This document shows, piece by piece, positions 1 through 8,429 of a DNA stretch of 26,099 bases. The stretch's first letter is position 1. Every line of letters starts with the position of its first letter. The notes beneath the pieces are model-generated. The model did no database searches and was not told the DNA's origin. It saw only the letters and a list, made by a program, of their open reading frames with translations. The stretch covers positions 1 through 26,099 of IMG/VR virus record IMGVR_UViG_3300034349_000011, one strand, 5' to 3'. Position numbers and translations under genes: made by a program. This DNA is from a virus (taxonomy: Duplodnaviria > Caudoviricetes).

Positions 1-2
1 TG

Positions 3-332
3 GCACCGCAGTTCATTGCGAACCTTGAGTTGGGTGAATATGGTCTTCACTTCTCCGCAAGGTTCAACGGCTTTTACCATCACTTGAAGATTCCGTACGA
101 GTGTATCAGTGCGGTGTTTGCTTATCAGGTGAAGAACATGATCGAGGACACAGGCGAGATGAACATGTTCGTCTTACCTAAAGTCATCCTTCCACCGGGT
201 GCTGTACGCCGGAATGAAGCGGCTGCTCAGAAAGAGCTGCTTAACGAGACTGTCCTCATCAACCTCGAAGATCAACCAGCCGGTGACTTGGAGACCAGCC
301 ACGCACCGATCGTTGCGTCATTTAAGAGGTAG
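3..332 (+). CDS. sspB: SspB (stringent starvation protein B / ClpXP adaptor) homologue, 5'-truncated by the window edge
   Basis: The frame is open from base 3. APQFIANLELGEYGLHFSARFNGFYHHLKIPYECISAVFA resembles the SspB core as I recall it (APRAVGNLEL...FNARFGG...VPLAAVLAIYA) and is followed by a low-complexity tail. Confidence 0.8.
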   Translation, partial: APQFIANLELGEYGLHFSARFNGFYHHLKIPYECISAVFAYQVKNMIEDTGEMNMFVLPKVILPPGAVRRNEAAAQKELLNETVLINLEDQPAGDLETSHAPIVASFKR

Positions 333-334
333 AC

Positions 335-676
335 ATGTCGTTACTTGACTTGTGGGAAAAAGCAGTGGTGTACGTCGACCAAGTTGACTGTGCACTGCTG
401 GAAGCAAACAAAGAGGTACCTGAGATAACGTTTGAGCTTGGTAAACGACGGGTACGACCACAGCCAGCGACTCAGCTGTGGAAGAGCCTGAAGGACATCC
501 ACGTGCTCTATCTCACAGGTGCCAAGACTAAACAGGAAGTACAGGTCGTGTTCAGGAAGTGGGTTCGTTTCCACCGTCTGGGCTGGAAGGTCGGGTTCAG
601 ACTAACCGAAGAAGAAGCTACCCGCTTTCTGAAAGAGATCATCGAAACCAGTGAAGTCGCAGCAACCGTTAAATGA
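335..676 (+). CDS. Hypothetical protein (113 aa)
   Basis: GAGGT RBS, coupled to the upstream stop, followed by a terminator. Confidence 0.75.
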   Translation: MSLLDLWEKAVVYVDQVDCALLEANKEVPEITFELGKRRVRPQPATQLWKSLKDIHVLYLTGAKTKQEVQVVFRKWVRFHRLGWKVGFRLTEEEATRFLKEIIETSEVAATVK

Positions 677-678
677 TC

Positions 679-722
679 GTGCATGCCGGGGGCTTAGGCC
701 TCTGGCGTGTACTTTTTTATTT
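679..722 (+). terminator. Intrinsic terminator
   Basis: GTGCATGCCGGGGGC-TTAG-GCCTCTGGCGTGTAC stem (with G-U pairs) followed by TTTTTTATTT. Confidence 0.8.
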
Positions 723-763
723 GCTCTGTCTATTATTTAGACAAAACGTGTTAGGGGAAACAC

Positions 764-1378
764 ATGGACAATAAAGTACACACCTTTTTCAGCTATCCAT
801 ACAGTACCTGCGCCACCGCTGAGAAAGCATTGGAGCTCATCAAACATATCCCTGCGCACGCAGAGATCATTCTGCTGCAAGATTCGGGTAAGCCTACCAA
901 CCCAGCACTTAAAGCCGCTGTGGAGAAGAGCAAGGGCAAACACCTGAAGGTCCGTATCAGTGGACCGTGGAACAACGTCTGGAAAGCTGTCCAGGCGATT
1001 GAGATTGCACGCGACCGGCTGGGCGAATACCGCACCGCAGGATCGTTGTGGTTCATCTCGTTGATTTCCGAGGTGGAAGTTCATTCTGCCCTCAAGCGTC
1101 ATCGTGCCGTGAACTGCCTGACCAACCGTGAGGAGTTCTTCTTGAAGACCCTGCACTTCGGTGAGGATCAGGATGAGGTGATCGCCATGACCCTCAATCA
1201 GCAAATGGGGTACGTGACCAACACGCACTACAAAGACCTCACAGCGCAACAGGCATTCGACCTGACGTCCTTTGAAGGTTGCCGCTTCCTGCGGCCTGTA
1301 CACGACGTGGAGACCTGTGCCCAAGTAATGCTGGGGTATACGCCTCCAATGCCGCGAGAGCTGTCTGCAATAGCGTGA
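764..1378 (+). CDS. Hypothetical protein (204 aa)
   Basis: AGGGG RBS; the ORF lies between two hairpins; no family recognised. Confidence 0.8.
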   Translation: MDNKVHTFFSYPYSTCATAEKALELIKHIPAHAEIILLQDSGKPTNPALKAAVEKSKGKHLKVRISGPWNNVWKAVQAIEIARDRLGEYRTAGSLWFISLISEVEVHSALKRHRAVNCLTNREEFFLKTLHFGEDQDEVIAMTLNQQMGYVTNTHYKDLTAQQAFDLTSFEGCRFLRPVHDVETCAQVMLGYTPPMPRELSAIA

Positions 1379-1381
1379 CAA

Positions 1382-1414
1382 CATAACTGGGGGCTTCGGT
1401 CCCCGGCTTATGCC
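1382..1414 (+). terminator. Hairpin of the CATA...TATGCC type
   Basis: CATAA-CTGGGGGC-TTCG-GTCCCCGG-C-TTATG-CC directly after a stop codon; no U-tract. Confidence 0.65.
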
Positions 1415-1434
1415 ATCTGAGTAATTCACAGCCA

Positions 1435-1442
1435 TACATTAC
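1435..1442 (+). promoter_or_regulatory. Putative phage early promoter core (TACATTAC)
   Basis: The motif recurs in AT-rich intergenic DNA after hairpins (6635, 23069, 23425) and resembles the phiKZ early consensus TATATTAC. Confidence 0.55.
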
Positions 1443-1456
1443 TAAGGAGCATAACA

Positions 1457-1714
1457 GTGAAGACTGTAGTTGCCGGCTTATACCGCTGTACTTGTCATTA
1501 CACTGGTTTAAGGGTAGTGGAGGAAGATGCTGTTGACGCTGAGGTAGCCAAGCTGCGGGCTAACAAAGAAGTCACTTGCATCTTTGTAGGGGACAGGTTC
1601 ATCGAAGGTGCTGAGCATCTCACCGCCTCGGCGGTTACTGACTGGAAAGATCACTTCCGCAAGGCCCTTGCTCGTGCGGTAGCTGAATCACTGGATAAAC
1701 AATCTGGGGGATAA
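1457..1714 (+). CDS. Hypothetical protein (85 aa)
   Basis: Strong TAAGGAG RBS before the GTG start. Confidence 0.75.
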   Translation: MKTVVAGLYRCTCHYTGLRVVEEDAVDAEVAKLRANKEVTCIFVGDRFIEGAEHLTASAVTDWKDHFRKALARAVAESLDKQSGG

Positions 1715-1716
1715 CC

Positions 1717-1995
1717 ATGCAAGTCTCAAGTCCGGATGACGTTATCAACGTCATGAACAGTGAGGAGATTGAAAAGCTCGTTGCTGAAATTGAGAAACAC
1801 ATTCTCAACAAGAATGTTCACGTCGAGCACTACGACGGCCAGCGCTTCATCGAGTTGGAACGTGAGGAGCAGCAGTGGGTGGAGCCTCACATCCAGAACG
1901 TGATCAAGCAACTGTACGAAGGCAAAGGCTGGGAGTCCGTAGAGTTCCCTAACAGCCTGACCATCAAATTCGTGTTCCCGAGGGTTGAACTGTGA
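1717..1995 (+). CDS. Hypothetical protein (92 aa)
   Basis: GGGGGA RBS; tightly packed in the operon. Confidence 0.75.
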   Translation: MQVSSPDDVINVMNSEEIEKLVAEIEKHILNKNVHVEHYDGQRFIELEREEQQWVEPHIQNVIKQLYEGKGWESVEFPNSLTIKFVFPRVEL

Positions 1996-2720
1996 AGCGC
2001 TCTATTAATCGCCAAATGAATGACTTCTTCTTTGACCAGTTCCTGAAGTCGAAGGGGTTGTGGGAGATGTGGCAACACATCGTGACGACCAACAAGGGCG
2101 TGGGTAACACGTACCACAATACGCTGCACATGTACTACGCCGCTCAGTTGGGTTTGCAGATCCTTCGGGCAACACCGGAGTACGCCAAACTGGACAATCA
2201 GGACAAGCACAACGCCGAGCTCATTGTTGTCGTGTCGTTGCTGTGGCATGACTATAACCACAGCGGCGGTAGTCTGCCTGATCACGAGAACGTGGCCATA
2301 GCGATCCACGAGTACAGCCACTGGCGTCAATACCAACGCTTCAGCGGTAAGACGTTCAACCCGGTGATGGACTATGAACAGTGCGAGATGATGATCCGTG
2401 CTGTGGGCGACACCATCAAGGTGACTGAGTTCCCCTTCATCCATGAGCCAATCACTCTGGAACAGAAGGTGGTGCGTGATGCTGACCTGCTGTATACCTT
2501 CTGCGACGAGACGGGCGACATCGTATACGGACTGTACAAGGAACTGGTACCGAAGCTACCCAAGTCCATGACGTTCGTGGGCTTCCTCGATGGTCAGGTC
2601 AAGTTCCACAACGAAGTTGTCCTGTTCACTGAACCGGGCAAAGAGCTGCACAAACAAATGAAAATGGCCGTGATCCGAGAGCAACACCTCTGGGTCGAAC
2701 GATTCCCAACCACAGCTTAA
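1992..2720 (+). CDS. HD-domain metal-dependent phosphohydrolase
   Basis: Motifs YHNTLH, WHDYNH and RDADL in the HD/PDEase order; GTGA start/stop overlap. Confidence 0.8.
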   Translation: MKRSINRQMNDFFFDQFLKSKGLWEMWQHIVTTNKGVGNTYHNTLHMYYAAQLGLQILRATPEYAKLDNQDKHNAELIVVVSLLWHDYNHSGGSLPDHENVAIAIHEYSHWRQYQRFSGKTFNPVMDYEQCEMMIRAVGDTIKVTEFPFIHEPITLEQKVVRDADLLYTFCDETGDIVYGLYKELVPKLPKSMTFVGFLDGQVKFHNEVVLFTEPGKELHKQMKMAVIREQHLWVERFPTTA

Positions 2721-2751
2721 CTTAGTTAGCGCCTCCCAATGGAAGCTTGAA

Positions 2752-2934
2752 ATGAAAACAGGGTTACGTCGAATGTACGCAGGTCTCCACAAAACCGGCC
2801 GGAAGCGGTCTGGTCGGTTCATGGGGCTGACAACAGTCGACCACAGTAAAGAGATACCGGGATGGCGCAACTGCACCACTATCAAACCGATGGAAGATGA
2901 TCATGGCAAAGTACACGCCGCACTTCTGCCGTGA
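2752..2934 (+). CDS. Small basic hypothetical protein (60 aa)
   Basis: Fills a gap on the coding strand; weak RBS; overlaps the next ORF. Confidence 0.4.
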   Translation: MKTGLRRMYAGLHKTGRKRSGRFMGLTTVDHSKEIPGWRNCTTIKPMEDDHGKVHAALLP

Positions 2935-3091
2935 TGGCAATAAGGTTCTGTTCAATGCAGTGGTTATCGAGCAGGACAGAACGGGTAACTGGTATCAGGT
3001 TACTCGCGTCACGTACGAAGACAAGAAAGGTAAGCGTCATGAAGACGTCCGCCTAGTTAAGCACCTCGGTACCAACAACAACCGGCAGTGA
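2903..3091 (+). CDS. Small hypothetical protein (MAKYTPHFCRDG...)
   Basis: GGAAG upstream; codon usage similar to neighbouring genes. Confidence 0.6.
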   Translation: MAKYTPHFCRDGNKVLFNAVVIEQDRTGNWYQVTRVTYEDKKGKRHEDVRLVKHLGTNNNRQ

Positions 3092-3125
3092 TGCGCCTCG
3101 TAAATGCTACACAGGAGCCGCAACA

Positions 3126-5609
3126 ATGAAAACAACTGAAGCCAAAAAGCCAAAGGGCAAGAAGAAGGAGAAGCAAGCGAGCAAGAACGCCCCTTCCCCC
3201 ATCTTCCAAGCCAAGCTGAAAGAACTGCAAGATGTCGTGAACAACATCTTCGACAAGAACCTTAAGGCTGCCAAGAAACCTCAACCACAGGTCGACAAGA
3301 GCAAGTGGGCCATCTGGTGGTTGACCTCCCATCAAGCGGAACATCAACTGGGTCAGAACGAGCGCGGCACACTCAAACTGCCGCCCTATGTAAAGCCCAT
3401 GCTGGAAGAGATAGCCAACAACGAGTTGATCAACATGATCTTGGTTCACTCGTCGTTGGAGGTGTCCGACAACGACCCTGTATTGCGGGCTATCTTTGAT
3501 GAGCACAAGATCGACCACGACGATAACGTGGGCGTATTGATGTACCGCTCGGATGTACCGTTTATTGACCAGTCCCACTTCTCACTCGGTCTGTTCACTG
3601 ACCTTGATGGGCAGCGGTACCGCTCAGCAATCGAAGGTCATCCGATGCACCCGTACAAGAACCCTAACTACCTGATCTGGTGGGTAACCCCAGACGAAGC
3701 GAACCGGGTACTGGAGGCCTACGACGCGAACATCGTCGCCATTCCGACTTACGTCGAAGAGTGGCTGTCGGAGGAGACGATGGCTAGTCGGTTCTTCGAC
3801 TGCTTCATCACTGTCCAACCTGATTTCGGTATCGACGAGAGTGAACTCAATCGACTGAACATCCGTCCTGATAACTACAGCGAGGACGACATGGCTCCGG
3901 CCGGGATACTCATCCCGTTCGAAGACAAGATGTACGTCGAAGGGCTGGCGGGCGTTGTTACGGACATGACGGGCAGTATTGATCTGCGAACGATCACCCG
4001 TGCGTTCAACATGAAGCGCAACTTGGATGACGTGAAGGTCATCGATCTTAACGAGGAAGATCTCGTGAAGGTGGTGGACAAGGTCAAAGAGCGTCACTCC
4101 CGTTTCGAGACGACCGATGAGATCATGAAGCGCTTGGCCGATGAGAAGACTGACGGTTCGTACGTCACGCTTCAGGACTTGGTCGCTGAACGCCGTCGGT
4201 TGCAAGCTCTGTACGATGCGGAAGACCTTGCTGATGAGATAGCAATGGCCAACGCGGAGACCCATGACGGTCTGCGTAACTACGACGATTACCTCATCTG
4301 GTGGCTCACCGATGTGGAAGCCAATGCTGTCCTGAAAGCGTCTATGGACAAGCACACCACTGTGCCGTTGTACATGCTGACTGAACTCAGCGGTATCGCG
4401 CATGACTTCTGTGGTGGCTTCATTCACGTGCCGCGGTATCTGGCGGACGCACCGTACAACGTCAACTGCGATGACCTGGATTCGTTGGAGGTGGAATCTC
4501 CTGATCAGGAGAACATGCGTGACGGGATCTTGTTCCCCAAGGGCGATCTGGAGATGATCCACATCATCCTCGGCATCTTCACGGATGTCAAAGGTGAGCA
4601 GATGGACAAACCCCATCACCCGGTCGCTGTGGGTCGCAATACCAAGAAGTACGTTATCTGGTGGCTGACTGATGTTGAGATGCGCATCCTGAACCAAGGC
4701 ATCATGGACGGTTCGGTGAAACTACCGGGCTATCTGAACGAGGTCATGAAGGAACATACCAGGGACACGCAGTACCCTGGAATAATCATCCCTAACTGCG
4801 TCGACCTAGATTGGGAGTGCTTGGAAGAGTACACGAAGCCATGGGCCACCAAACGTAACCTGAACGGCATTGTGGTACCCCGTGGTGACATGGACTGCAT
4901 CAACAAGTACTGCGGCAGCATCACGGACATCGCTACCAATGAAGTGTCGTGGGATGAGTTCAACGCTACGCCATACACTGCTGACGAAATCCGCAGCATG
5001 TTCCTGACGTACGTGAAGGACATCGTCAAGTACTGGGTCAAGCAACACCCTAACGATGCCAAGCAGGCTGCTGAAGGTGCGGTGTTCAGTACCCTCAGTA
5101 CGTTGGATGGTAGTTCGATGGAACTGCCGGGCTTCTTGATCATCCCGAATGCACAAGAGGAGGACAACAAGTTCAATGCTGACTACGGCAAGCGTCCGTA
5201 CCCGATCGCGCCAGCTGAGTTGGTTAATGAGGCTGTCGACATTGGGGGCAGTTTGCACGAGCTGTTCTACCAAGAGCAGGAAGACGTCATCCACTGCAAG
5301 AACCACATCACCAAGAAACAATGGAAGGATGGGTTGGCTACTCAGAAGTGGGCGTACATCTGTGAAGTGCTCACCAAGGACACTCAGTTCATCCGTGATC
5401 GCTTTAAGATGGAACACCCTGGCATTGTACTGGGTAATGCGTGGCGTGACCTGTGCATCATCTGCTTGAAGAACGGTGCGTACTTCATCCCTGAAGACTA
5501 CGACACTCTCGCTGACGATTACTCCTTTAAGTGGGCTACTGACGACGAGGGGGTTTTCGAAAACATGATCAACGACCTCAGCGGCTACGTGTTGAGAGGT
5601 CACTTCTAA
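3126..5609 (+). CDS. Large modular protein with four internal IWW(L/V)T repeats (827 aa)
   Basis: AGGAG RBS; repeats begin at aa ~61, 182, 389 and 509; Lys-rich N-terminus and non-repeat C-terminal region. Confidence 0.9.
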   Translation: MKTTEAKKPKGKKKEKQASKNAPSPIFQAKLKELQDVVNNIFDKNLKAAKKPQPQVDKSKWAIWWLTSHQAEHQLGQNERGTLKLPPYVKPMLEEIANNELINMILVHSSLEVSDNDPVLRAIFDEHKIDHDDNVGVLMYRSDVPFIDQSHFSLGLFTDLDGQRYRSAIEGHPMHPYKNPNYLIWWVTPDEANRVLEAYDANIVAIPTYVEEWLSEETMASRFFDCFITVQPDFGIDESELNRLNIRPDNYSEDDMAPAGILIPFEDKMYVEGLAGVVTDMTGSIDLRTITRAFNMKRNLDDVKVIDLNEEDLVKVVDKVKERHSRFETTDEIMKRLADEKTDGSYVTLQDLVAERRRLQALYDAEDLADEIAMANAETHDGLRNYDDYLIWWLTDVEANAVLKASMDKHTTVPLYMLTELSGIAHDFCGGFIHVPRYLADAPYNVNCDDLDSLEVESPDQENMRDGILFPKGDLEMIHIILGIFTDVKGEQMDKPHHPVAVGRNTKKYVIWWLTDVEMRILNQGIMDGSVKLPGYLNEVMKEHTRDTQYPGIIIPNCVDLDWECLEEYTKPWATKRNLNGIVVPRGDMDCINKYCGSITDIATNEVSWDEFNATPYTADEIRSMFLTYVKDIVKYWVKQHPNDAKQAAEGAVFSTLSTLDGSSMELPGFLIIPNAQEEDNKFNADYGKRPYPIAPAELVNEAVDIGGSLHELFYQEQEDVIHCKNHITKKQWKDGLATQKWAYICEVLTKDTQFIRDRFKMEHPGIVLGNAWRDLCIICLKNGAYFIPEDYDTLADDYSFKWATDDEGVFENMINDLSGYVLRGHF

Positions 5610-5618
5610 GGAGGAGCC

Positions 5619-6128
5619 ATGCAGATTTTCGGTTGGAAGTTTGAACGGGCTGAAGAGCCTGAGGCCATGCCGAAGCAAGCAGCCCACCAAGACTTGGGGG
5701 TACAGTATCGACCGTTGCTATCGACCTGTAACCCCTCGCACTTGGACTACTTCAAGAGGCTGGTGTTTCCTGATCCTTCGAAGCTTAACATGTTCGAGAA
5801 GGTTGGGTACGAGAAGCACTTGGTTGAGCTTGCTGAATCGTTGCTTAAACGTGGACGGTTCAGCATCTGTTTCCTCAACGAGATGGAGAAACTCTTCGAG
5901 CTGAAGTTCACGGAGACCACCTTCCAGTTCTACAAGCAGTTGCAACACCTGCACATGGTGAAGTACGAGAACATCCCACCGGAGATCCTCGAAGCTATCC
6001 CCATGATGATGTCGGCCATCATGACCGAAGGCCGTTCGTTAAAGGACGTCGCACCCGCTGATGCACCGCCACCGTTGATGTTAACGCGTGTGGAACATTC
6101 ATGCTACGAGAAGCACGGGCATTACTGA
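5619..6128 (+). CDS. Hypothetical protein (169 aa)
   Basis: Perfect TAAGGAGG RBS. Confidence 0.85.
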   Translation: MQIFGWKFERAEEPEAMPKQAAHQDLGVQYRPLLSTCNPSHLDYFKRLVFPDPSKLNMFEKVGYEKHLVELAESLLKRGRFSICFLNEMEKLFELKFTETTFQFYKQLQHLHMVKYENIPPEILEAIPMMMSAIMTEGRSLKDVAPADAPPPLMLTRVEHSCYEKHGHY

Positions 6129-6379
6129 TGGCACAATCCAAACGTTACGAAGTAAAGGAAGAGCTGCGCTTCATGGGCAACCGTCTCAAGAAGATCAGGC
6201 TGAAACTTAAGCTGACACAGATCCAAGTAGCACAACAGTTCGGGGGTGACCGCAACTCCGTCTCTCGTTACGAGGCCGGGATCAGTAAACCCCATCAGGC
6301 TTACGTCGTGCTCATGCTTCTGTTAGACCGGAACCCGGCGCTGCTGGCGACCTTGTGTACATTGAAAGTAAAGGAATGA
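6128..6379 (+). CDS. XRE/Cro-type HTH protein resembling the MqsA antitoxin C-terminal DNA-binding domain (83 aa)
   Basis: TGATG overlap. LKKIRLKLKLTQIQVAQQFGGDRNSVSRYEAGISKPHQAYVVLMLLLDRNPALL closely parallels the recalled MqsA segment RKKLSLTQKEASEIFGGGVNAFSRYEKGNAQPHPSTIKLLRVLDKHPELL. Confidence 0.8.
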   Translation: MAQSKRYEVKEELRFMGNRLKKIRLKLKLTQIQVAQQFGGDRNSVSRYEAGISKPHQAYVVLMLLLDRNPALLATLCTLKVKE

Positions 6380-6380
6380 C

Positions 6381-6557
6381 ATGAAAAGTCAGTTCAGTTT
6401 CAGCGTTCTGTTGTTCGCCACGATGTTCTGGGTGATCTGGGTCGCTGGTGTGGTTATCGCCAAAGGCTTCTGGTCTACACTCATCGGGATGTTCTTCTTC
6501 CCGTGGGACTGGTACTTGGTGATCGAGAAGATCATGAAGGGCATGGGCTGGTTGTAG
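6381..6557 (+). CDS. Small membrane protein (58 aa; absent from the ORF track)
   Basis: AAGGA RBS; translates to MKSQFSFSVLLFATMFWVIWVAGVVIAKGFWSTLIGMFFFPWDWYLVIEKIMKGMGWL*; ends just before a terminator. Confidence 0.75.
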   Translation: MKSQFSFSVLLFATMFWVIWVAGVVIAKGFWSTLIGMFFFPWDWYLVIEKIMKGMGWL

Positions 6558-6562
6558 TGACA

Positions 6563-6609
6563 GCATAGATGGCGGGGCTTCGGCCCCGCTGTTTATGCCC
6601 TTTATTTTT
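6563..6609 (+). terminator. Intrinsic terminator (CATA...TATGCC type)
   Basis: GCATAGATGGCGGGGC-TTCG-GCCCCGCTGTTTATGC followed by CCTTTATTTTT. Confidence 0.85.
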
Positions 6610-6634
6610 GGTCGATTGAAAACGGTTTGAAACG

Positions 6635-6642
6635 TACATTAT
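6635..6642 (+). promoter_or_regulatory. Putative early promoter core (TACATTAT) upstream of thyA
   Basis: Recurrent intergenic motif in AT-rich context after a terminator. Confidence 0.55.
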
Positions 6643-6734
6643 TCACGAGAGCACCATTGAAAAAATAAATACTCGACGTAGAGTATAACCGAAGGGGTCG
6701 TGTGCCCTGATCTACCTCAACCACGGAGTACCAC

Positions 6735-8378
6735 ATGTCTCAGCCTTTGAACAACACTGACAAGATCTACCACGAACTCGTTGACGAAGTATTGAACGAC
6801 GGCATCCCTAAGGGAGACCGCACGGGGACTGGCACTGTCGCTGTCGTGGGACGTATGGCTCACTTTGACCTCACCAACGGTCGTGACCCACGCCTGACCA
6901 CCAAGCCAATCATCGACATGAACCCAGAAGAAGAAATGTTCTGGTTCATCAGCGGCAATACCAACATCAAGATGCTGCGTGACAAAGGCATCGGTATCTG
7001 GAACAGCTGGTTGATCCCAGGTACGGCCAAGTATCGCCCATGTACGGTGCAAGAGTTGGAGAAGCGCCTTACCAACAAGCTCACGCCAAATCGTGGCTAC
7101 GCCGCGATCACGCTGTACGAGCTGGAACAGGAAGAAGCTGCCGAACTGGGACGTGATGCGCGTTATGACGTCAACACTGCTCCCAAGACCCCGCAGATCG
7201 GTCTGTGGTTCCAACCAGCGCTGTGGGCGAAGTTCGAGCAAGAGTCTCATGACAACCAAGGTATCCTGAGACTGCTGGCATTGCAGTGGGTGTGCAACGA
7301 CCTGAAGATCTCTACCGACTATCTGACCGAAGGCGACATCGGCAAAGGCGGCTACGGTGCCCAGTGGCGTAACTGGGAAGATACCCAGCTCGTCAGTAAA
7401 GCTGACCTGCCGTCGTATCTGCAAGAGGGTTACAAACGTCTGGGTGTTGTCCGTCCAGTCATCGAACCCTTCGGTGTAGAGGAGATCAAAGTCGCCTTTG
7501 AAAAGGTGCTCCGTGAGAAAGGGTTCAAAGACGTCAGTATCGGCGATGCAGACCCTTGCATGCTGCCCGAGTGTGGCTGGGAAGCAGTGGGTGACCCTGC
7601 GCGGGGCGATTGCGCACATGTGATGTATCTGAACGAAGATGCACTCATCGACGCTTACGTGACCATCGCTGACATCCCACGTTTCGTGATGTACCGCAAG
7701 ATCGATCAGTTGGCTAATGCGATCAATCTGCTCAAGAGCACCCCTGACTCCCGCCGGATCATCGTATCTGCCTGGAACCCAGCGTTGACTTGGAAGGCTG
7801 CCTTGCCACCGTGCCACCTGTACTTCCAGTTCATCTCCCACGAGATGACCTTGATGCAGCGTGTGAAGATCTTCAACGACCGTACCATGTTGGCTCAACG
7901 TGATCACGAGCGTAACAACGAAATGTCGTTGGTCAGCTGGGAAACCCTGCACGAAGAATCGTGGGCACAGTCCGCTGCCGAAGCCAGTCCGTCTGAGCTC
8001 GAACAGCTGCACAAAGACCTCGATAACCGCAACGTCAAACGTCGCAACGTGAACTGCTTCCTGCTGCTGCGTTCGAACGACCTCGGCCTGGGCATGCCGT
8101 TCAACGTCAGTCAGTACGCTGCGCTGACGCACATGATCGCGCAAGTGGTCGGTATGGAGCCAGGTGAACTGGTCTGGGCTGCTGTAGATGCTCACGTCTA
8201 CAACGACCACGTTGCTGGTTTGACGGAACAGTTGGCACGCGAATCGATCCATTGCATTCCACGTATCAAACTGGACAAGTCGGTCAAGTCCATCGACGAC
8301 TTCGATAGCAGTAAGATCCAGATCATCGATTACGAGTCCCAGCCTGCTCTCGTGAACAAGATGCTCCCGTCGGTCTAA
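6735..8378 (+). CDS. thyA: Thymidylate synthase (ThyA type) with three large insertions (547 aa)
   Basis: Motifs DRTGTGT, PRLTTK, EMFWFISG, IWNSW, YGAQWR, IDQL, PDSRRIIVSAWNP, LPPCH (catalytic Cys), RSND-LGLGMPFN (dUMP-specifying Asn) and DAHVY. Confidence 0.97.
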   Translation: MSQPLNNTDKIYHELVDEVLNDGIPKGDRTGTGTVAVVGRMAHFDLTNGRDPRLTTKPIIDMNPEEEMFWFISGNTNIKMLRDKGIGIWNSWLIPGTAKYRPCTVQELEKRLTNKLTPNRGYAAITLYELEQEEAAELGRDARYDVNTAPKTPQIGLWFQPALWAKFEQESHDNQGILRLLALQWVCNDLKISTDYLTEGDIGKGGYGAQWRNWEDTQLVSKADLPSYLQEGYKRLGVVRPVIEPFGVEEIKVAFEKVLREKGFKDVSIGDADPCMLPECGWEAVGDPARGDCAHVMYLNEDALIDAYVTIADIPRFVMYRKIDQLANAINLLKSTPDSRRIIVSAWNPALTWKAALPPCHLYFQFISHEMTLMQRVKIFNDRTMLAQRDHERNNEMSLVSWETLHEESWAQSAAEASPSELEQLHKDLDNRNVKRRNVNCFLLLRSNDLGLGMPFNVSQYAALTHMIAQVVGMEPGELVWAAVDAHVYNDHVAGLTEQLARESIHCIPRIKLDKSVKSIDDFDSSKIQIIDYESQPALVNKMLPSV

Positions 8379-8386
8379 CCCATAAA

Positions 8387-8410
8387 GAGCAGGAGGACAC
8401 CCTCCTGCTC
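8387..8410 (+). terminator. Perfect 10-bp hairpin after thyA (attenuator, processing site or weak terminator)
   Basis: GAGCAGGAGG-ACAC-CCTCCTGCTC, preceded by CATAAA; no U-tract. Confidence 0.5.
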
Positions 8411-8429
8411 CATCCTTGAGGATTACAAC

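Noticed and set aside
7010-8055. Intein or group I intron in thyA (by analogy with T4 td)
   Set aside because: The reading frame is uninterrupted, there are no C/S...HN-C/S/T splice junctions, and no LAGLIDADG, HNH or GIY-YIG motifs are visible.
8069-8105. dCMP hydroxymethylase reading of the ThyA homologue
   Set aside because: The specificity residue is Asn (PFN), as in dUMP-specific enzymes, not Asp. A dUMP hydroxymethylase is not strictly excluded, but the motifs look canonical.
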